Assembly (NCBI GenBank): GCA_964016885.1
Contig: OZ024752.1
Span: 5,022,001-5,086,000 of the forward strand
From: Eledone cirrhosa
Taxonomy: Eukaryota
Direction of reading: 5' to 3'
DNA length: 64,000 nt
Position numbers and translations under genes: made by a program. Below are positions 12,948 through 26,518 of the stretch, piece after piece. The notes beneath the pieces are model-generated. The model did not search any database. It worked only from the letters and a program-made list of their open reading frames with translations, and had not been told where the DNA came from. Numbering within the stretch: the first letter of the stretch is position 1; each line of letters begins with the position of its first letter.

Positions 12948-13254
12948 TTAAAGATGCATGATCCCAGAAGACTGTATGAAAGGTTTGCATTCTCTGTGGA
13001 ATTGTGAACATTTCAAGATTGGATAACATTTCTAAGATAAGTGGTAAGTTAATGAAGGTTTGAAGATTGGTTAATGTTCATTTGCGCTATGTATGTTACA
13101 GTAAAACAATACATTCCAAAGTAATTTGAGATCTGCATCATTAAGTAAGAACTCTTTGTATTGAAATTTAATCTTTCATAATATATACTCCTGGAATGAG
13201 AAACAGATCTTTGTTATTGTTGAAAATAGAAGCAAAAACACAAACAGTAATAAT

Positions 13255-13445
13255 AACTGTTTCTACTTTAGGTACAAGGCCAGCAATTACCCAGTGCATT
13301 ACTGGTACTTTATTTTATCGACCCCGTAAGGATGAAAGGCAAAGTCAACCTCGGCGGGATTTGAACTCAGATCGTAAAGGGCCGTAACTCTATGCTGGAA
13401 AGCATGGCGTCCGACCCTCTACCGATACTACCAATCCACCGCCTT
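13255..13445 (-). mobile_element. SINE family 2, full length
   Basis: Reverse complement of the 17918 and 27450 copies. Confidence 0.88.
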
Positions 13446-13759
13446 TAATAATAATACACCACAATCATATAAAATTGTAAATTGTATATATATATATGTT
13501 GCAGAAACCCTTTACTGGATTTTATCATCTTTTCCAGGGGTCCAGGTTAATATTCTATTCTTTTGTTTGACCCGTTTGGCTTGTCTCGTCTTTTTGGATT
13601 AAGGGTTGATGGCTTCTTGACCGCCATCTCAGTTTGTTTGGCCTTTATAACCTATGCTTATTGCTCTGGTCTTTATTTAATCCATGGAGCGCTTGCCAAC
13701 ATAACTCAGATATTGCGTTTCGCTTTGTTTTCGACCACAGCCAAAATTCAATCTCGCTG

Positions 13760-13808
<49 letters not shown>

Positions 13809-13900
13809 AAATGAGCGGAGCAAGCAATTATCAAACAATCTTTTTAAATATACATATACAAATGTATTAACATATATATATACATATACACATGTATATA

Positions 13901-14207
13901 CATCATCATCATCATTTTACGTCCACTTTTCTCTGCTTGCAAGGGTTGGACAGGAACTGATTCTGGCTTGATTTCTACAGCTGGATGCCCTTCCTAACAC
14001 CAACCTCATTTACAGTGAGTGCTGGGTGCTTTTTTGCAGTGGAATGATATGGACCCCAGTCCCTATCATCTCATTTCTACAGCTGAGTAAACTGGAGCAA
14101 TGTGAAATAAAGTGTCTTGCTCAAGGAAACAACACATCACCCGGTCTGAGAATTGAACTCACAACCTTTCGATTGCAAGGCCAATGCTCTAACCACTAAG
14201 CCATGAC
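13901..14207 (-). mobile_element. CORE-SINE family 1 (small internal deletion)
   Basis: (CAT)n tail then reverse complement of the family consensus. Confidence 0.9.
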
Positions 14208-14960
14208 TTCTATTTCTAATTCTTAATTTTTATATATATCCTATTTGCAACAACACAGCTCGCTATTTTTCATTCATAGATGCTTTTCCCTTCGCTGTGA
14301 CCTGTCTTTTTCTCTTCCCTTACTGCTATCCTCTTTCTCTCCCCTTCTCTCTCCTTCTCCCCCTTACTTTCACTCACCCCCTCTGCTAGTCACCCTCTCC
14401 CGGCTAGCCTCTTCCTCACACTTTCACTCACTCACTCTCTGCTACTCACCCTCTCTCTCCCTTCCTCCATCATCCTACACCATACAAAATTCTTTCCTCG
14501 CTCACATTTGCATGGCCAAGATGTGTCTTTCGTCAATATTCGCACGTTCTTATGTTCAAAATAAATCATTGACTTGATTTTCTCATTTTTTCCTCTCTTT
14601 ACGTTGCCTCACCCTTCGTGTTTGTTTACCTGTCTCTCTTTCTCCACCCAACTCTTTTTATCCCAATAACTTATTTTAGTTATTGCATTGCCCTAGCCTG
14701 AGGTATATGGTCTGTGATGCAAAGAAATGTCTTATTTTTTCCTAAAAATTAATTTACAAGTATTACTCTAAGAATAATTACATGTAATCTTTATAAGAAA
14801 TGTTAGCTGCAGCTGTGGATTGGAAATAATTAATTAAGGGAAGGATTGAAATTTTAAACCTTTTTCCCTTTATTTTTCCAATTTTTATTTTCCAAAACTG
14901 TTTCATTATCTTCATTAAGAAGAAAATATAAATATTTAACCTGAAAATTTGAACCTAGTT

Positions 14961-15010
<50 letters not shown>

Positions 15011-15233
15011 CTCATCTATATAGTTCAAGGTTAGAGGTAGGAGTGTTTAAAACTGTTTTATGTTTATCCTCCTCCTCCTCATCATCATCATCATACCATC
15101 ACCCTCATTATCATTATTTTACCATCATCTTCAATGTCATTTTACCACTACCAGCATCATCACCAGCACCACCATCATCATCATCATTTTCATCATCATC
15201 ATTATCATATACATGTGTATATCTATCTATCTA

Positions 15234-15292
<59 letters not shown>

Positions 15293-15764
15293 CAGTATAA
15301 GTCAACATTTCATAATTTACTTCTTTCATTGATATATTTCTGTGATAGCCACAATTTAACAGCTATGACCTCTTCAGGCAGTTAGAAGCAACAAATAGAA
15401 AAAATGTGGACTTCGTTAAGTGCCCTACCCTGCATACTGAAGTGTTGGTGTTAAACTAACACATAATCTGATTAATATAGATATATATATTTAGGGATTG
15501 TAATGTCCAGTTACTGTCAGTTCACCAGAGAGAGCACTCTATGCATTTCCAGTAGGTATATTTGTGTAGTACTAAGAAGAGTGTAATACTAATAATGAAA
15601 AGGACGAAGTGTTATGTTTTCATTACGTTTATTGAGTAGTGATGCGTGTTTTGCAATTGATCAGCTCAAGGTTCAATTTGTATTGATCTGACCCGACTGG
15701 AAGCAAAAGCTTATCGGACTTCTGTTATAGTAATGACGGAATGAACCTCTTAGGGCTTGAAAAC

Positions 15765-16093
15765 ATCATCATCATCATCATTTCATTTTACGTCCACTTT
15801 TTCCCTGCTTGCAAGGGTGGGACGGGAACTAATTCTGGCTTGATTTCTACAGCTGGATGCCCTTCCTAACACCAACCTCATTTACAGTGAGTGCTGGGTG
15901 CCTTTTTTCCGTGGAGTGGAGTGGAATGATAGGGACCCCAGTCCCTATCAGCTCATTTCTACAGCTGAGTAAACTGGAGCAACGTGAAATAAAGTGTCTT
16001 GCTCAAGGAAGCAACACATCACCCGGTCTGAGAATTGAACTCACAACCTTTCGATTGCAAGGACAATGCTCTAACCACTAAGCCATGTGCCTC
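15765..16093 (-). mobile_element. CORE-SINE family 1
   Basis: Reverse complement of the family consensus. Confidence 0.9.
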
Positions 16094-16414
16094 CATAGTA
16101 TATAACAATTATCATTCATTTATAGTGGTCAGTTTCACTTCATTTTCATTGGCTAGAAAGAATGTTTGGGTATGTGTGATAGGTGAGGGAAAGAATTATA
16201 ATGGCGACGTGTCCACCACCATCTCTGTGTCTACTGTCAGTTGGTTTTGCCTGTAAAATCTGTTCAGTGATTCTTTCCTGAGACATTGCTTAGATTTCCC
16301 TGTGATACTTTATTTACAGCTAGGTGAACTTAACAATTCCCACCTCTTTGCTCACATGGAAATATTGAAAGCAGTTGGAATCATAAAAACAAAAGACAAT
16401 TATCATTTCGTAAA

Positions 16415-16980
16415 CATTATTATTGGTTTACATTTAATAAAAGTGTGTGTGTATTTTGTGAGTGTGTGTACATGTATCTGTGCGTGTCCTATAGTTATTA
16501 TTATTGGTTTTCATTTAATAAATGTGTGTGTATGTACATATGTGTGTGTGTGCATGTTTGTGTGTCCTACATATTTATTATTATTGGTTTACATTTAATA
16601 AAAATGTGTGTGTGTGTTTGTGTGTCCATATCCTACACAGTTATTATTGGTTTACAATTAATAAGTGTGTGTATATATGTGTGTATGTCCTACACAGTTA
16701 TTATTGGTTTACAATTAATAAGTGTGTGTATATATGTGTGTATGTCCTACACAGTTATTATTGGTTTACAATTAATGTGTGTATATATGTGTGTATGTCC
16801 TACACAGTTATTATTGGTTTACAATTAATAAGTGTGTGTATATATGTGTGTATGTCCTACACAGTTATTATTGGTTTACAATTAATGTGTGTATATATGT
16901 GTGTATGTCCTACATAGTTATTATTGGTTTACAATTAATAAGTGTGTGTATATATGTGTGTATGTCCTACACAGTTATAA
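16415..16980. repeat. Minisatellite, alternating longer and shorter ~54-59 bp units
   Basis: GTGTATGTCCTACACAGTTATTATTGGTTTACAATTAAT(AAGTG)GTGTATATAT repeated ~9-10 times; 5' units are more diverged. Confidence 0.9.
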
Positions 16981-17498
16981 TTCTTTTAATAAGTTCAAGA
17001 AACAAAGTCAGCCATTTAAATATTGTGAATATATATTGTCATGGATGTACGCACACACTCATATACACACATACACACACACACTCACATGCACGTACAT
17101 TTAAATACACACATCTGTGTATAGATGCATACACACACGCACATGCACACATACATTTACACACGTTAGATGTCATTATCAAACAGAATTTATGGCATTG
17201 ATTTCTAATATTTCATGCAAAAAGAAAATCAATGAAGTTTTCCTTTTGTTACTTTTAAAGGAAATGGTGAGAAAATATTAAACCAAACACACACACATAT
17301 ATAGACCCACACATATACACCCACACACACACGTATGCACACACATACACATACAGACAAAGACACACACATACACAGACAAACACACACAAATGAGCAC
17401 TCCACATTTTAATGGAAAACGTTCAACACAATACAAGCTGGATAGAATACTACACACACACACATACATACAGACATGCACACACATATATATATATA

Positions 17499-17599
17499 CA
17501 GGGTGTCCCCCAAAAATGTATACACAATCAACAGCATTCTAATGAGTATTGCCTGTATAGGTAATCAAAGTGTGTATGCGTTTTTTATTGTGGGACACC

Positions 17600-17602
<3 letters not shown>
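17499..17602. mobile_element. Very small Tc1/mariner-type MITE
   Basis: CAGGGTGTCCC...GGGACACCGTG termini; an inverted partial copy lies at 45530-45622. Confidence 0.65.
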
Positions 17603-17686
<84 letters not shown>

Positions 17687-17762
17687 ACTCGGTATGTAAA
17701 TGAGGCTACTCAGCTAATGTGAATTAAGAAAATACTATATATTTTCAACCATTCAACGGACT

Positions 17763-17807
17763 GGCAGTCCTGATGAAGGGTAATGACCCAGAAACATGTT
17801 GATTGTT
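17763..17807 (+). ncRNA. Minimal type I hammerhead ribozyme motif
   Basis: GGCAGTC-CTGATGA-A GGGT AATG ACCC A-GAAA-CATG-TT-GATTGTT; palindromic CATG in stem III, as in minimal PLE hammerheads. Confidence 0.72.
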
Positions 17808-17917
17808 CCTCAAAACCAGTGTTGAACAAACAGGTGACGACATGTCACCGGCATGATACAGCTTCAAATCGGGCTGTTTGTTTACAAACGAATCGAAGAT
17901 CATTATTAGTGTTGTAA

Positions 17918-18112
17918 GGGGCGGTGGATTGGCAGTATCGGTAGAGGGTCGGACACCATGCTTTGTAGCATAGAGTTACGGCCCCTGCCATTCCGAATTC
18001 AAATCCCACCGAGGTTAACTTTGCCTTTCATCCTTACGGGGTCGATAAAATAAAGTACCAGTAATGCACTGGGATAATTGCTGGCCTTGTGCCAAAAGTA
18101 GAAACAATTATT
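17918..18112 (+). mobile_element. SINE family 2 with target-site duplication
   Basis: ATTATTAGTGTT on both sides (17902, 18107). Confidence 0.9.
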
Positions 18113-18535
18113 AGTGTTTGATATAACCCAAACGTACATGTGTGTGTATGTATAGGATTAAATCTCTCTTAATGCCGTGCATGCACACCTGACTGGCTTG
18201 GCATCCTCAGGTCAGTCTGCCTTCTTACCCCTTCCCCTTTTTTTCAGGCCTTCCTAGCCCCCTGTCGCTATGAAGGAATTTAACTATGTACACAACATCC
18301 CAGATCATTGACCACTGCCTGTGATAAACAAGAAAAACAACAAACTTTGAGGCTCTTTTGCTTAGATATTTTTGTTTTTTTTTGCTTTGACTGCTTGCCC
18401 ATATATGGACTGTACCCCTTGATAAGTTCAGCCAGATTCCTGCCGTTCTAATACTGGTGGCTTACTTCGGATCTAACTATTGAAACGCCCGAAGCTCAGC
18501 CATCAGGATCCTGACTCTTTTCCTATATATATATA

Positions 18536-19210
18536 TCATCATCATCGTTTAACGTCCATCTGGAATGGTCAGGAGACCATGTCTCACTCACACGGAAGTG
18601 TCTCTGGCAGGATTTTTACAGCTGGATGCCCTTCCTCACACCAACCACATTTACAGTGTGGACTGGGAGCCTTTTAACCGTGTCTCCTACACGGCCACCT
18701 TACAGCGTGGACTGTTGTGTCATCGACACAGTGGACAGAATGGGAACGGGGGAGTGGGGTAGGGTTTGGGGTGGAGTGTACATTGGGTTAAGAAGTGCTT
18801 ACTGACTGTAGGTTTGTATGCAATGGCAGTCGGGTCTTCTGTACAACTGCATGGTGCCAAAGGTCTTGATCCATTGTCATTGTCTTAGAGAGGTGTAAGT
18901 GGGCAAGGTCAGTTTTTATCACCTTCTCCCAGGTTTTTCTTGGTCTACCCACTCAGTAGCTTCCATCAATTTTCATTGCCCTGCACGATTTTATACAGCT
19001 GTCGTCCTTCATACATATCACATGTCCATACCAATGCAATTTCCCTCCAGAACACAACATTTGATACCTCTTATGCTTAGTCTCTCTCTCAATTTGTTTA
19101 TGCTTGGTCGTTCGCGCACATTACTATTACACATCCATCGGAGCATGAAAGCTTCATTTATTTCTAATCTATGTAGGTCTTCAGCACACAATGCCCAAGT
19201 CTCACTACCC
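18536..19210 (-). mobile_element. RTE-clade LINE 3' fragment (ORF end + 3' UTR)
   Basis: Minus strand encodes GSETWALCAEDLHRLEINEAFMLRWMC...WYGHVICMKDD...GRPRKTW; (CAT)n tail. Confidence 0.88.
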
Positions 19211-19264
19211 TATATATATATATAAATAAAAATTTATATATATATATATATATATATGTATATG

Positions 19265-19606
19265 GTGGCACATGGCTTAATGGTTAGAGTATTGGCCTTG
19301 CAATCGAAAGGTTGTGGGTTCAATTCTCAGACCGGGTGATGTGTTGTGTCCTTGAGCAAGACACTTTATTTCACATTGCTCCAGTTTACTCAGCTGTAGA
19401 AATGAGATGATAGGGACTGGGGTCCCTATCATTCCACTGCAAGGTGGTCGTGGAGGTGCCATGGCAAAAAAGCACCCAGCACTCACTGTAAATGGGGTTG
19501 GTGTTAGGAAGGGCATCCAGCTGTAGAAATCAAGCCAGAATCAGTTCCCGTCCCACCCTTGCAAGCAGGGAAAAGCGGACGTAAAATGATGATGATGATG
19601 ATGATG
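19265..19606 (+). mobile_element. CORE-SINE family 1, full length
   Basis: Family consensus with (ATG)n tail. Confidence 0.92.
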
Positions 19607-19706
19607 AGTATATAATCATCATTTTATGTCCAATTTGTGCTGGCATGGATTGGATGGGTTGACATTGTTTGAGACTAGAGAGATTGGAGAACCTTGCTTC
19701 ACTCAT

Positions 19707-21400
19707 ATGTCAGTGTGTTATACTCCTACACACACTGACACATATCTGTCACATGCCACAACATGGTAATGTGTCAGTGTGTTATACTCCTACACACACT
19801 GACACATATCTGTCACATGCCACAACATGGTAATGTGTCAGTGTGTTATACTCCTACACACACTGACACATATCTGTCACATGCCACAACATGGTAGTAT
19901 GTCAGTGTGTTATACTCCTACACACACTGACACATATCTGTCACATGCCACAACATGGTAATATGTCAGTGTGTTATACTCCTACACACACTGACACATA
20001 TCTGTCACATGCCACAACATGGTAGTATGTCAGTGTGTTATACTCCTACACACACTGACACATATCTGTCACATGCCACAACATGGTAATATGTCAGTGT
20101 GTTATACTCCTACACACACTGACACATATCTGTCACATGCCACAACATGGTAATGTGTCAGTGTGTTATACTCCTACACACACTGACACATATCTGTCAC
20201 ATGCCACAACATGGTAATGTGTCAGTGTGTTATACTCCTACACACACTGACACATATCTGTCACATGCCACAACATGGTAGTATGTCAGTGTGTTATACT
20301 CCTACACACACTGACACATATCTGTCACATGCCACAACATGGTAATATGTCAGTGTGTTATACTCCTACACACACTGACACATATCTGTCACATGCCACA
20401 ACATGGTAATATGTCAGTGTGTTATACTCCTACACACACTGACACATATCTGTCACATGCCACAACATGGTAGTATGTCAGTGTGTTATACTCCTACACA
20501 CACTGACACATATCTGTCACATGCCACAACATGGTAATATGTCAGTGTGTTATACTCCTACACACACTGACACATATCTGTCACATGCCACAACATGGTA
20601 GTATGTCAGTGTGTTATACTCCTACACACACTGACACATATCTGTCACATGCCACAACATGGTAGTATGTCAGTGTGTTATACTCCTACACACACTGACA
20701 CATATCTGTCACATGCCACAACATGGTAATATGTCAGTGTGTTATACTCCTACACACACTGACACATATCTGTCACATGCCACAACATGGTAGTATGTCA
20801 GTGTGTTATACTCCTACACACACTGACACATATCTGTCACATGCCACAACATGGTAATATGTCAGTGTGTTATACTCCTACACACACTGACACATATCTG
20901 TCACATGCCACAACATGGTAATATGTCAGTGTGTTATACTCCTACACACACTGACACATATCTGTCACATGCCACAACATGGTAGTATGTCAGTGTGTTA
21001 TACTCCTACACACACTGACACATATCTGTCACATGCCACAACATGGTAGTATGTCAGTGTGTTATACTCCTACACACACTGACACATATCTGTCACATGC
21101 CACAACATGGTAGTATGTCAGTGTGTTATACTCCTACACACACTGACACATATCTGTCACATGCCACAACATGGTAATATGTCAGTGTGTTATACTCCTA
21201 CACACACTGACACATATCTGTCACATGCCACAACATGGTAGTATGTCAGTGTGTTATACTCCTACACACACTGACACATATCTGTCACATGCCACAACAT
21301 GGTAGTATGTCAGTGTGTTATACTCCTACACACACTGACACATATCTGTCACATGCCACAACATGGTAGTATGTCAGTGTGTTATACTCCTACACACACT
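19707..21400. repeat. 64-bp minisatellite, ~26 near-identical copies, each with an 11-bp inverted repeat
   Basis: Unit GTCAGTGTGTTATACTCCTACACACACTGACACATATCTGTCACATGCCACAACATGGTA(A/G)T(A/G)T; period 64 (19901 to 19965). Confidence 0.97.
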
Positions 21401-21499
21401 AAGACAACAAAGCAGGAAGTGTATCCATTTTATATCAATAATTTACTACAACAGATTCCAAAACAAAGAATATGTTGCTATGGTAACTAGAATAGCATA

Positions 21500-23380
21500 T
21501 CACCACCATCACCATTGCCACCACCATCACCACCATTGCCACCACCACCACCATTGCCACCACCATCACCATCATTGCCACCACCATTGCCACCACCATC
21601 ACCACCATTGCCACCACCACCACCATTGCCACCACCATCACCATCATTGCCACCACCATCACCATTGCCACCACCATCACCATCATTGCCACCACCATCA
21701 CCATTGCCACCACCATCACCACCATTGCCACCACCATCACCATCATTGCCACCACCATCACCATTGCCACCACCATCACCACCATTGCCACCACCATTGC
21801 CACCACCATCACCACCATTGCCACCACCATTACCATTGCCACCACCATCACCATTGCCACCACCATCACCACCATTGCCACCACCATCACCATCATTGCC
21901 ACCACCATCACCATTGCCACCACCATCACCACCATTGCCACCACCATCACCATCATTGCCACCACCATCACCATTGCCACCACCATCACCACCATTGCCA
22001 CCACCATCACCATCATTGCCACCACCATCACCACCATTGCCACCACCATTGCCACCACCATCACCATCATTGCCATCACCATTGCCACCACCATCACCAC
22101 CATTGCCACCACCATCACCACCATTGCCACCACCATCACCATCATTGCCACCACCATCACCACCATTGCCACCACCATTGCCACCACCATTGCCACCACC
22201 ATTGCCACCACCATCACCATCATTGCCACCACCATCACCATTGCCACCACCATCACCACCATTGCCACCACCATTGCCACCACCATCATTGCCATCACCA
22301 TTGCCACCACCATCACCACCATTGCCACCACCATCACCATTGCCACCACCATCACCATTGCCACCACCATCACCATCATTGCCACCACCATCACCATCAT
22401 TGCCACCACCATCACCATTGCCACCACCATCACCACCATTGCCACCATCACCACCATTGCCACCACCATCACCACCATTGCCACCATCATCACCATTGCC
22501 ACCACCATCACCATCATTGCCACCACCATCACCATCATTGCCACCACCATCATTGCCACCACCATCACCACCATTGCCACCACCATCACCACCATTGCCA
22601 CCACCATCACCATCATTGCCACCACCATCACCATTGCCACCATCACCACCATTGCCACCACCATCACCATTGCCACCACCATCACCACCATTGCCACCAT
22701 CACCACCATTGCCACCATCACCACCATTGCCACCACCATCACCATCATTGCCACCACCATCACCATTGCCACCATCACCACCATTGCCACCACCATCACC
22801 ATTGCCACCACCATCACCACCATTGCCACCATCACCACCATTGCCACCATCACCACCATTGCCACCACCATCACCACCATTGCCACCACCATTGCCACCA
22901 TCACCACCATTGCCACCACCATCACCACCATTGCCACCACCATCACCACCATCACCATCATTGCCACCATTGCCACCACCATCACCATCATTGCCACCAC
23001 CATCACCATTGCCACCACCATCACCACCATTGCCACCACCATTGCCACCACCATCACCACCATTGCCACCACCATCACCATCATTGCCACCACCATCACC
23101 ACCATTGCCACCACCATCACCACCATCACCACCATTGCCACCACCATTGCCACCACCATCACCATCATTGCCACCATCACCACCATTGCCACCACCATCA
23201 CCACCATTGCCACCACCATCACCACCATTGCCACCACCATCACCACCATTGCCACCACCATCACCACCATTGCCACCACCATCACCATCATTGCCACCAC
23301 CATCACCACCATTGCCACCACCATCACCACCATCACCACCATCACCACCATTGCCACCACCATCACCACCATTATCATTG
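21500..23380. repeat. 1.9-kb cryptic trinucleotide satellite (CAC/CAT/TGC)
   Basis: Variable ATTGCCACCACCATCACC(ACC/ATC) units; stop-free in several frames. Confidence 0.95.
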
Positions 23381-24062
23381 TCATCTACTCTTCACATTTC
23401 CGGTTTCTCTCTTGGCTCATCCTTCTCTTCCTCTCATAATATCTCAATCTTTTAACTACTTCCTCTCTCTCCCCCTCTCTCTCTCTCTCTCTTTCTCTCT
23501 CTCACACTCTCACACTCTCCCTCTCTCACACTCTCACACTCTCCCTCTCTCTCTTTCTCTCTCTTTCTCTCTCTTTCTCTCTCTCTCTCTCACTCTCTCT
23601 CTCTCTCACACTTTTTTGCTTCCCTCTTACATAACCTCGGAATCTTTCAACTCCTTCCTCATTCTCTCCTTCACTACTATTTTTACGCCTCTTTCATCAT
23701 TTCTGTATATTTCCCCACCCATTCCTCATCTCTCCCCACCTTCTTTCTTTTTCCATTTTCTTTCTTTCACTAGCTTTTCTTCATGTGTCATTTGTAAGGT
23801 CCTAATATAACACTATCACCACCTTCTCTTCCTTTTTACCATTTCCCTTCAATTATTTCCTTATGGTTCAATTCTTTCTCTCTTTATCCCAGCTTCTCTC
23901 CTTAATTTTAAATATTTCATTATGAAATTTAAAACACAGATATACTATAATATTTATTCACTTTTATTTTAATTTTATATTTCATATTAGTATTATTTCA
24001 TATGGATTATCTATGGAAGTGTTTCATCATGTATGTATGTCCTAGACACTGATATCCTATAC

Positions 24063-24222
24063 CAGTCATGGGCAAACTGTGGCCCATGAGCCACATGCAA
24101 ACCGTTTGGTTTTCTGAATGGCACGCCTCATTTCAAAATTGTTTTGCATTTCTTAGTAGTGTGGCATGCCTTATGATAAGCCACATCCAATGCAACCCAC
24201 CCCTAATGTTGCCCTATGCCTG
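24063..24222. mobile_element. hAT/Charlie-like MITE remnant
   Basis: CAGTCATGGGCAA...TTGCCCTATGCCTG termini. Confidence 0.5.
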
Positions 24223-24611
24223 ACCCATATTAACATAAAAATGGTCTCATACACATACGTGTGAGGCAGCCAGCCTGCCGGGACCGTGGGGTGGCCAGTG
24301 TGTAGGCCCCCATTTGCTCATAATAGTGAGAGATGGGGGTAGCGAGAGAAATGGAGGCAGTGGGAGTTTGGTTCTTTTGTGTTTGTACCTGGTGTATATA
24401 TTATGTTTCATCGACACACTTACTACACCTACAGCAATAAAACCATTATACCAACGTAAACCTGTTCCTCCTTCATTCAGGTGGCATCATCTTCCTTCTT
24501 TAACTATTCAAGATTTACTTCTCTGTACATGTTAGGAAACACTCTGTCTTGATTCACTTTTGTTTTGAAAGGTTTCTTTCAAGATATGACTTTTGTAGGT
24601 AAAATAATGTA

Positions 24612-24780
24612 GTCCAAAGTTTCCCAAACTTTTTTAAACGCGGAACCCCTTTTGGTTCAGAAATTTTATGGAGAACCCCAAAGTCTAATACTGTATATGG
24701 TCGTAATATAAATATACTGCTTTACCTTTTTTCACAGACCCCCAGGCACTCCTTTGTGGAACCCACTTTGGGAACCACTG
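24612..24780. mobile_element. hAT/Charlie-like MITE remnant
   Basis: ...GTTTCCCAAAC start and TTTGGGAACCACTG end; GGAACCCC subterminal motifs. Confidence 0.5.
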
Positions 24781-25142
24781 CTGTAGTCTGTAGCAACATT
24801 TCTTACCATTACATATTAGTACTAGTAATGAAAATGCCAACTGAAGAAGCTGTTGAATAAGAGGCCAGAAATGACTTAGATTTTGAAGAAGACTGAGACT
24901 TGCTGTAACATATTTGCAGACACAGAGTTGAACACAACCAGTAGCCACCAGATCCTGGAACAAAATTATACTAAATTTTAGGGAAGCAATTTAAATGATT
25001 ACAATTCTGAACTCTTGTTTTTTCACCTAACCCCTATTTAGTGATGTCATTGCTGTGAGGAGAAAACATGTTTAGCACAGGTATTCAAGTTGAACATACA
25101 CTGTTCACTTTCCTGACATTTGTACATTATTCTATGTACTAT

Positions 25143-25330
25143 TGGCGAGGAATTGGCAGTATTGGTACAGCGTCGGACGCCATGCTGTCCAGCATAGTTA
25201 CGTCCCTTTACGATCTGTGTTCAAATCCCGTCGAGGTTAACTTTGCCTTTCATCCTTACGGGGTCGATAAAATAAAGTACCAGTAATGCACTGGGTAATT
25301 GCTGGCCTTGTGCCAAAAGTAGAAACAATT
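25143..25330 (+). mobile_element. SINE family 2 with 17-bp TSD
   Basis: ATTATTCTATGTACTAT at 25126 and 25328. Confidence 0.9.
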
Positions 25331-26100
25331 ATTCTATGTACTATACATGCACCTTTGATGAGTTGTAGTGCCCCTGTACACAATAATTTTCCGTTCATAC
25401 CATTCAGAACAATTTTTTAAGCCAATGAAGGCTTAACCATAGCTGTTGAAATCTTATGATAGAAAAAACTACCTCTGGACAACTGCAATCTCTGAGCTTG
25501 GTTAATTTGCTTGCGATGTTGTGGAGTGTCTGATTAGAACTGACTCTATCCATTTTGGGTGAATGGTGACACATGTATTAATAAGTAAATACTTTTGATT
25601 TATTTTATAATAGTATCATAGACTCCGAGCAAGATGGTTGGATAAAATCCATGAGCTTGGCTGGTCTCGTTTGGGGATCTGGCCAGATCAGTTGGGGACA
25701 GTTGCTTCTGACAGGACCTGCTGGACGGAGTGTTTGACCCTCTCAGGAATAAGTTGGTTGGCAACTAAACTGACCAACCCCACCTAGTTTACAGACTGAG
25801 GAGGATATGTGGGTACTCAGCAAGATTAAAAATAAAACCTGCCAATGAGTAGTTGAACCTCCCATAGAGAATACAACAGTCAAACAAACCTGGAGAGATG
25901 ATAGGGACCATCAGGTTATCTGCCTACTGAAAGACATCATGATTGGTCAATATGATAGAAAGGAGAAAAGTGCATCTTTTACTATTAATTTATCACCTTT
26001 CTAAGTTATTGATTTCAATTGATTGATTGATCTTATACTATAAAGTATCAAAGAATATCACTACACATCTTCCATATCACTGAGATATAGTGGAATAGTA

Positions 26101-26518
26101 CAGGGTGAGCATAAAGTCTTTCCTTTTTTGTTTCATAGATGCCATTTTGTTACTGAAAATTACAGTTAATTCCTATAGAAAAGAAAATGTAAAACTTGTT
26201 CAGAGAAACTTTAACCCTTTAAACATTTATATTACTCTATATATATTATTGTACTTTTGTGGTAAATACTTTATCTCACATAATGTGGAATCTATGAGAT
26301 TTTGATATTATTTATTTTGAGAACAATACCTTAACGTCAGTATGAGTGGCCAGTTTGAACAGAAAGAGATGAGAGAATTCTGGCCTGATATGGCCGGTTT
26401 AAATGCTAAAGCGTTGAACTTGAAATTTATAATTTAAGACAATGTAAAAGTAAAATCTCAAGTAGTATCCGAGATATGGTGTTTTATAATCAGGGAGTTA
26501 CTTTATGCTCACCTTCTA
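26101..26518. mobile_element. Tc1/mariner-type MITE with nested piggyBac-type MITE (26215-26413)
   Basis: Outer TIRs CAGGGTGAGCATAAAGT / ACTTTATGCTCACCTT; the inner element starts TTAA|CCCTTT and is the reverse of the 29721 copy. Confidence 0.7.

Noticed and set aside
19707-21400. CRISPR-like array (palindromic repeats)
   Set aside because: Units are contiguous with no unique spacers, there are no cas genes, and the context is eukaryotic.
21363-23810. 815/649/646-aa ORFs as real proteins (His-rich, extensin-like or Robo proline-rich tail)
   Set aside because: Pure low-complexity triplet repeat running into (CT)n; open frames are expected from the lack of stops; no good splice signals.
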